This document shows positions 61,540 to 64,000 of a stretch of DNA of 64,000 bases, piece after piece. The number at the start of each line of letters is the position of its first letter. Positions within the stretch are counted from its first letter, which is position 1. Made by a program: the position numbers and the translations under genes. The stretch is from assembly GCA_965238175.1 (NCBI GenBank), contig CBDEGZ010000003.1:1632001-1696000 (forward strand), given 5' to 3'. Origin of the DNA: Gammaproteobacteria bacterium (GTDB taxonomy: Bacteria; Pseudomonadota; Gammaproteobacteria; CAJXQU01). The notes under the pieces were generated by a model. The model saw only the letters and a list, made by a program, of their open reading frames with translations. It ran no database searches and had not been told where the DNA came from.

Positions 61540-62018
61540 ATTTCTTATCACTCCTCCCGTCAGGAGCATATCTTATTTTGCCTCATGAATTGATTGAGAA
61601 AATGCATAGATATAGACAACTTAATGAAGCTGATAGAGAAGCTGGCGGAATTCTGGTTGGAAGTTTGCGTAAAGATATTGATTCAGAGAGATCCGCTGAT
61701 TTGGAGCATATTGAAATTATAGATTTCACAACTCCAAGGCCAGCTGATAGAAGATCAAGGTTTGGCTTCTTAAGGAGGAATGAGCATCACTTACGACAAG
61801 TGCACCAAGTATGGAAACAATCAAAAATGCTCCAGACATATTTAGGGGAATGGCATACGCATGCAGAACCACACCCTAAACCATCGTTTGATGATCTAAA
61901 AGAATGGAAGAGGGTATTGAGAGATCGTAAATGTATTCTCATTATTATTGGGCAGGCTTCCGACTGGGTTGCTTTTTGGGATGGCCATCATCCATTCGAA
62001 CTAACTCAATTAAGATAA
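61521..62018 (+). CDS. cap3: CBASS Cap3 JAB isopeptidase
   Basis: EAGGILVG, YLGEWHTHAEPHPKPSFDD. Confidence 0.9.
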   Translation: MLQSKLDFLSLLPSGAYLILPHELIEKMHRYRQLNEADREAGGILVGSLRKDIDSERSADLEHIEIIDFTTPRPADRRSRFGFLRRNEHHLRQVHQVWKQSKMLQTYLGEWHTHAEPHPKPSFDDLKEWKRVLRDRKCILIIIGQASDWVAFWDGHHPFELTQLR

Positions 62019-62342
62019 AATTGTTAGTCATCAACGTGTAATGTTAAACATATCACCGAATTAAATTAGAGCTGCTAGCTTGCTCGTTTCAGCAGATATC
62101 CAACATTTTTCTTGTCAACCAGCTAGCAAATTGATACTGACATTGTTAGAAAGGAAGTGTCATGGAGGATAAGTTCTCAAAAGAGAATAATGCTGAGCTA
62201 ACCAGTGTTATTGAAGATAGTGGTTTTCTGAGTCAATTCCCAGATCATGTAGCATGGACAGATCCCGGTGGGGCAGGTTTTATAAAACCGAATAAAAATG
62301 GAGAATCAAAATCTATCAAGCGCCTCGATTTACGGCAAATGC

Positions 62343-63320
62343 TCAAGTTAGGTTAGCCGCGAACAGCTTAGCTTTTGCTTCTTCTATAGATGTATCGTCT
62401 GGTCGATATTCATCCCAATAAGTGTTCCTAAGTTTTTTCTTACCTTTCATTGGGCTGTGTTTCAATGCCCACTGTAAATCACGGGTAAGGGTTTCCGCCC
62501 ATCGTTTATCAATCGCTCTTGTGTTTCTATTTCTAAATATCGTCCCCCAGTTTTCGTCAATGAAATAAGATGTTGCATTTCGCTCAGTTGCCCAATGTCC
62601 CATATTGGCAACAAAGACGTTGACGAGATTGGTTTCAAGTGCCAGTTTTTTATATAACGAGACATCCCAGACAGCTGGATCTGTGCCGTGCTCTTCGGCG
62701 TATATGAACGCGTAATAAAGCTGTAAGCCAACTTCACGAAAAACAAAACACTCAGTGAGAGTCCATTCGTAGGACATGTAGTTTGTCAGTAAACGGAAAG
62801 AGAGTTCAATATTATTTCTGAGTTGACCTTCCAAACTTTCATTGCTTCTCACCTGATTTTTTCGGTGCTCAAATTTTTCTTTATAAAAATCTAACCGCTC
62901 TTGTGAATCAGGTGGTGGTCCGAGAAGTAATAATGTTCCCGCATGAAAAAATAAGTGCGGATAGATTAACGCATTACTCACGACCTGATCTTGAAAGGCA
63001 TGGTAAATGTTCGAAATAGTCTTGGCGCTAATCCCCGTTCTCTTCTCAGTATTCTTAATCTCCTCTCCTTCGAAAAAAGACAACATCAGCAGCTCAAACT
63101 CTGAATCAGAAAGTTTTGTAAATTTGGAATATTTACTTTTTGATCGATAATTTTTGGGTTTTAAATTTGGCGCAATTTTCTTTTTCCATTTAGAAAAATT
63201 GCTGGTCGATAAATTATTCACACTGCAATACTCAGCCTGTGATAAGCCTGAAGTCTTCCATGAATTGATGTGCTGCTTCCAAAAATCGTTTTTTTCTTTT
63301 TTCACTAAACTACGTTTCAC
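62343..63320 (-). CDS. Hypothetical protein with IS66-TnpA-like HTH and a second HTH
   Basis: WKQHINSWKTSGLSQAEYC..NFSKWKKK, then KLSDSEF...TGISAKTISNIY; remainder unrecognised. Confidence 0.6.
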   Translation of the reverse strand: MKRSLVKKEKNDFWKQHINSWKTSGLSQAEYCSVNNLSTSNFSKWKKKIAPNLKPKNYRSKSKYSKFTKLSDSEFELLMLSFFEGEEIKNTEKRTGISAKTISNIYHAFQDQVVSNALIYPHLFFHAGTLLLLGPPPDSQERLDFYKEKFEHRKNQVRSNESLEGQLRNNIELSFRLLTNYMSYEWTLTECFVFREVGLQLYYAFIYAEEHGTDPAVWDVSLYKKLALETNLVNVFVANMGHWATERNATSYFIDENWGTIFRNRNTRAIDKRWAETLTRDLQWALKHSPMKGKKKLRNTYWDEYRPDDTSIEEAKAKLFAANLT

Positions 63321-63692
63321 CTCTTATTTCAGGCAATTTTAATTTCCATTTTTGAAAAGAAAACCCTTTTAAAATCATATGAATAAGGTTTCCGTTCTGA
63401 AAAATATTCTTCCACTCACGCTTTGACCGTGGGGTTGATGGAAGCTTACGCTGAGCGCCAATTCGGTGCTGTCCTATTTTGTACAACAGGTGAATCCAGT
63501 ACCCATTGAAACACTTTGTAGAATTTTATTTGAATAAAAATTTATTACTAACATTCGTAAAAAAGGAAAACAGTATGAGAACAAATATGCGTAATGCCAA
63601 CAATGAAACCGAGTATGTCAAATTGCAGCGAGATAAGAAAGTTGGTGCAAGTGCTGGGCATAAACTGAACGTCATATATGAGCAGGTGAACC

Positions 63693-64000
63693 ATGCTTAG
63701 TTTTACGCAAGACATATTTAAGAATGCACAAGACGAGGCGACAGATTCCTACACTGAATGTCAGCAACAAATTCAAGAAGTCGTTGTCACCCCGATTGTT
63801 GATAGTGACATTGAAGCTACCCGCACTGAAGCGACGATTAGTCAAATTGAAGCCCTTTCAGACAAGACGGCAGCGACCTTGGAAGGCACCTGTAGCGAGC
63901 AGCGTATCAAAGCACACAAAGAAACCCGTCTGTTCAAACATGTCAGAGCCATTGACCGCGAATGTCTTCATCCGGACGTACTTAAAACCATCTTTACCGT
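63693..64000 (+). CDS. Hypothetical protein (3'-partial)
   Basis: Open frame MLSFTQDIFKNAQDEATDSY... to the window end, with AGGTG RBS; not in the ORF track because it has no stop in the window. Confidence 0.6.
   Translation, partial: MLSFTQDIFKNAQDEATDSYTECQQQIQEVVVTPIVDSDIEATRTEATISQIEALSDKTAATLEGTCSEQRIKAHKETRLFKHVRAIDRECLHPDVLKTIFT

Larger units (their letters stand above)
42685..64000. mobile_element. Integrated mobilizable element / defence island (right end outside the window)
   Basis: Sharp switch from housekeeping genes to mobC, relaxase, ardA, parDE, resolvase and CBASS; left border at a tRNA-3'-end-like sequence TGGTGCCCGA. Confidence 0.8.

Overview
AT-rich bacterial chromosome, most likely a marine Gammaproteobacterium (inferred from the gene set). 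1-14.5 kb: end of an exopolysaccharide locus (GT2, fnlABC L-FucNAc pathway, WbuB-type GT4, WecA-like initiator, PrsT-like TPR protein) with two VPLPA-CTERM surface proteins, a decayed exosortase/EpsI gene and IS66, IS4, IS256 and TA debris. 14.7-23 kb: M18 aminopeptidase, MMPL-LolA-like-OMP trio, truncated thermostable hemolysin, arsC, cytochrome b, SprA-like protein. 23-33 kb: an atypical respiratory cluster behind an FNR-like box (porin, triheme cytochrome c, Tat-signal nitrate-reductase-family molybdoenzyme, three NapG/F-like and two NapH-like Fe-S proteins, no napB/C/D in the cluster). 33-42.5 kb: DedA plus flavoprotein, vWA protein, acidic repeat protein, tRNA-Glu, tRNA-Ala, glnS, gltX. 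From about 42.7 kb to the end: an integrated mobilizable element with mobC, a relaxase-helicase split by IS481, klcB/ardA-type anti-defence genes behind long ssDNA-promoter-like hairpins, parDE, a resolvase and defence cargo. The cargo is a complete type II CBASS (capV, dncV-like, cap2, cap3) and, directly upstream, a coupled two-gene unit of a minimal divergent diadenylate-cyclase-fold protein and a Cap15/S-2TMbeta membrane effector. That unit is the best candidate for an undescribed system (a Panoptes-like guard with a DAC enzyme instead of mCpol). All family calls come from reading motifs by eye; no searches were run.
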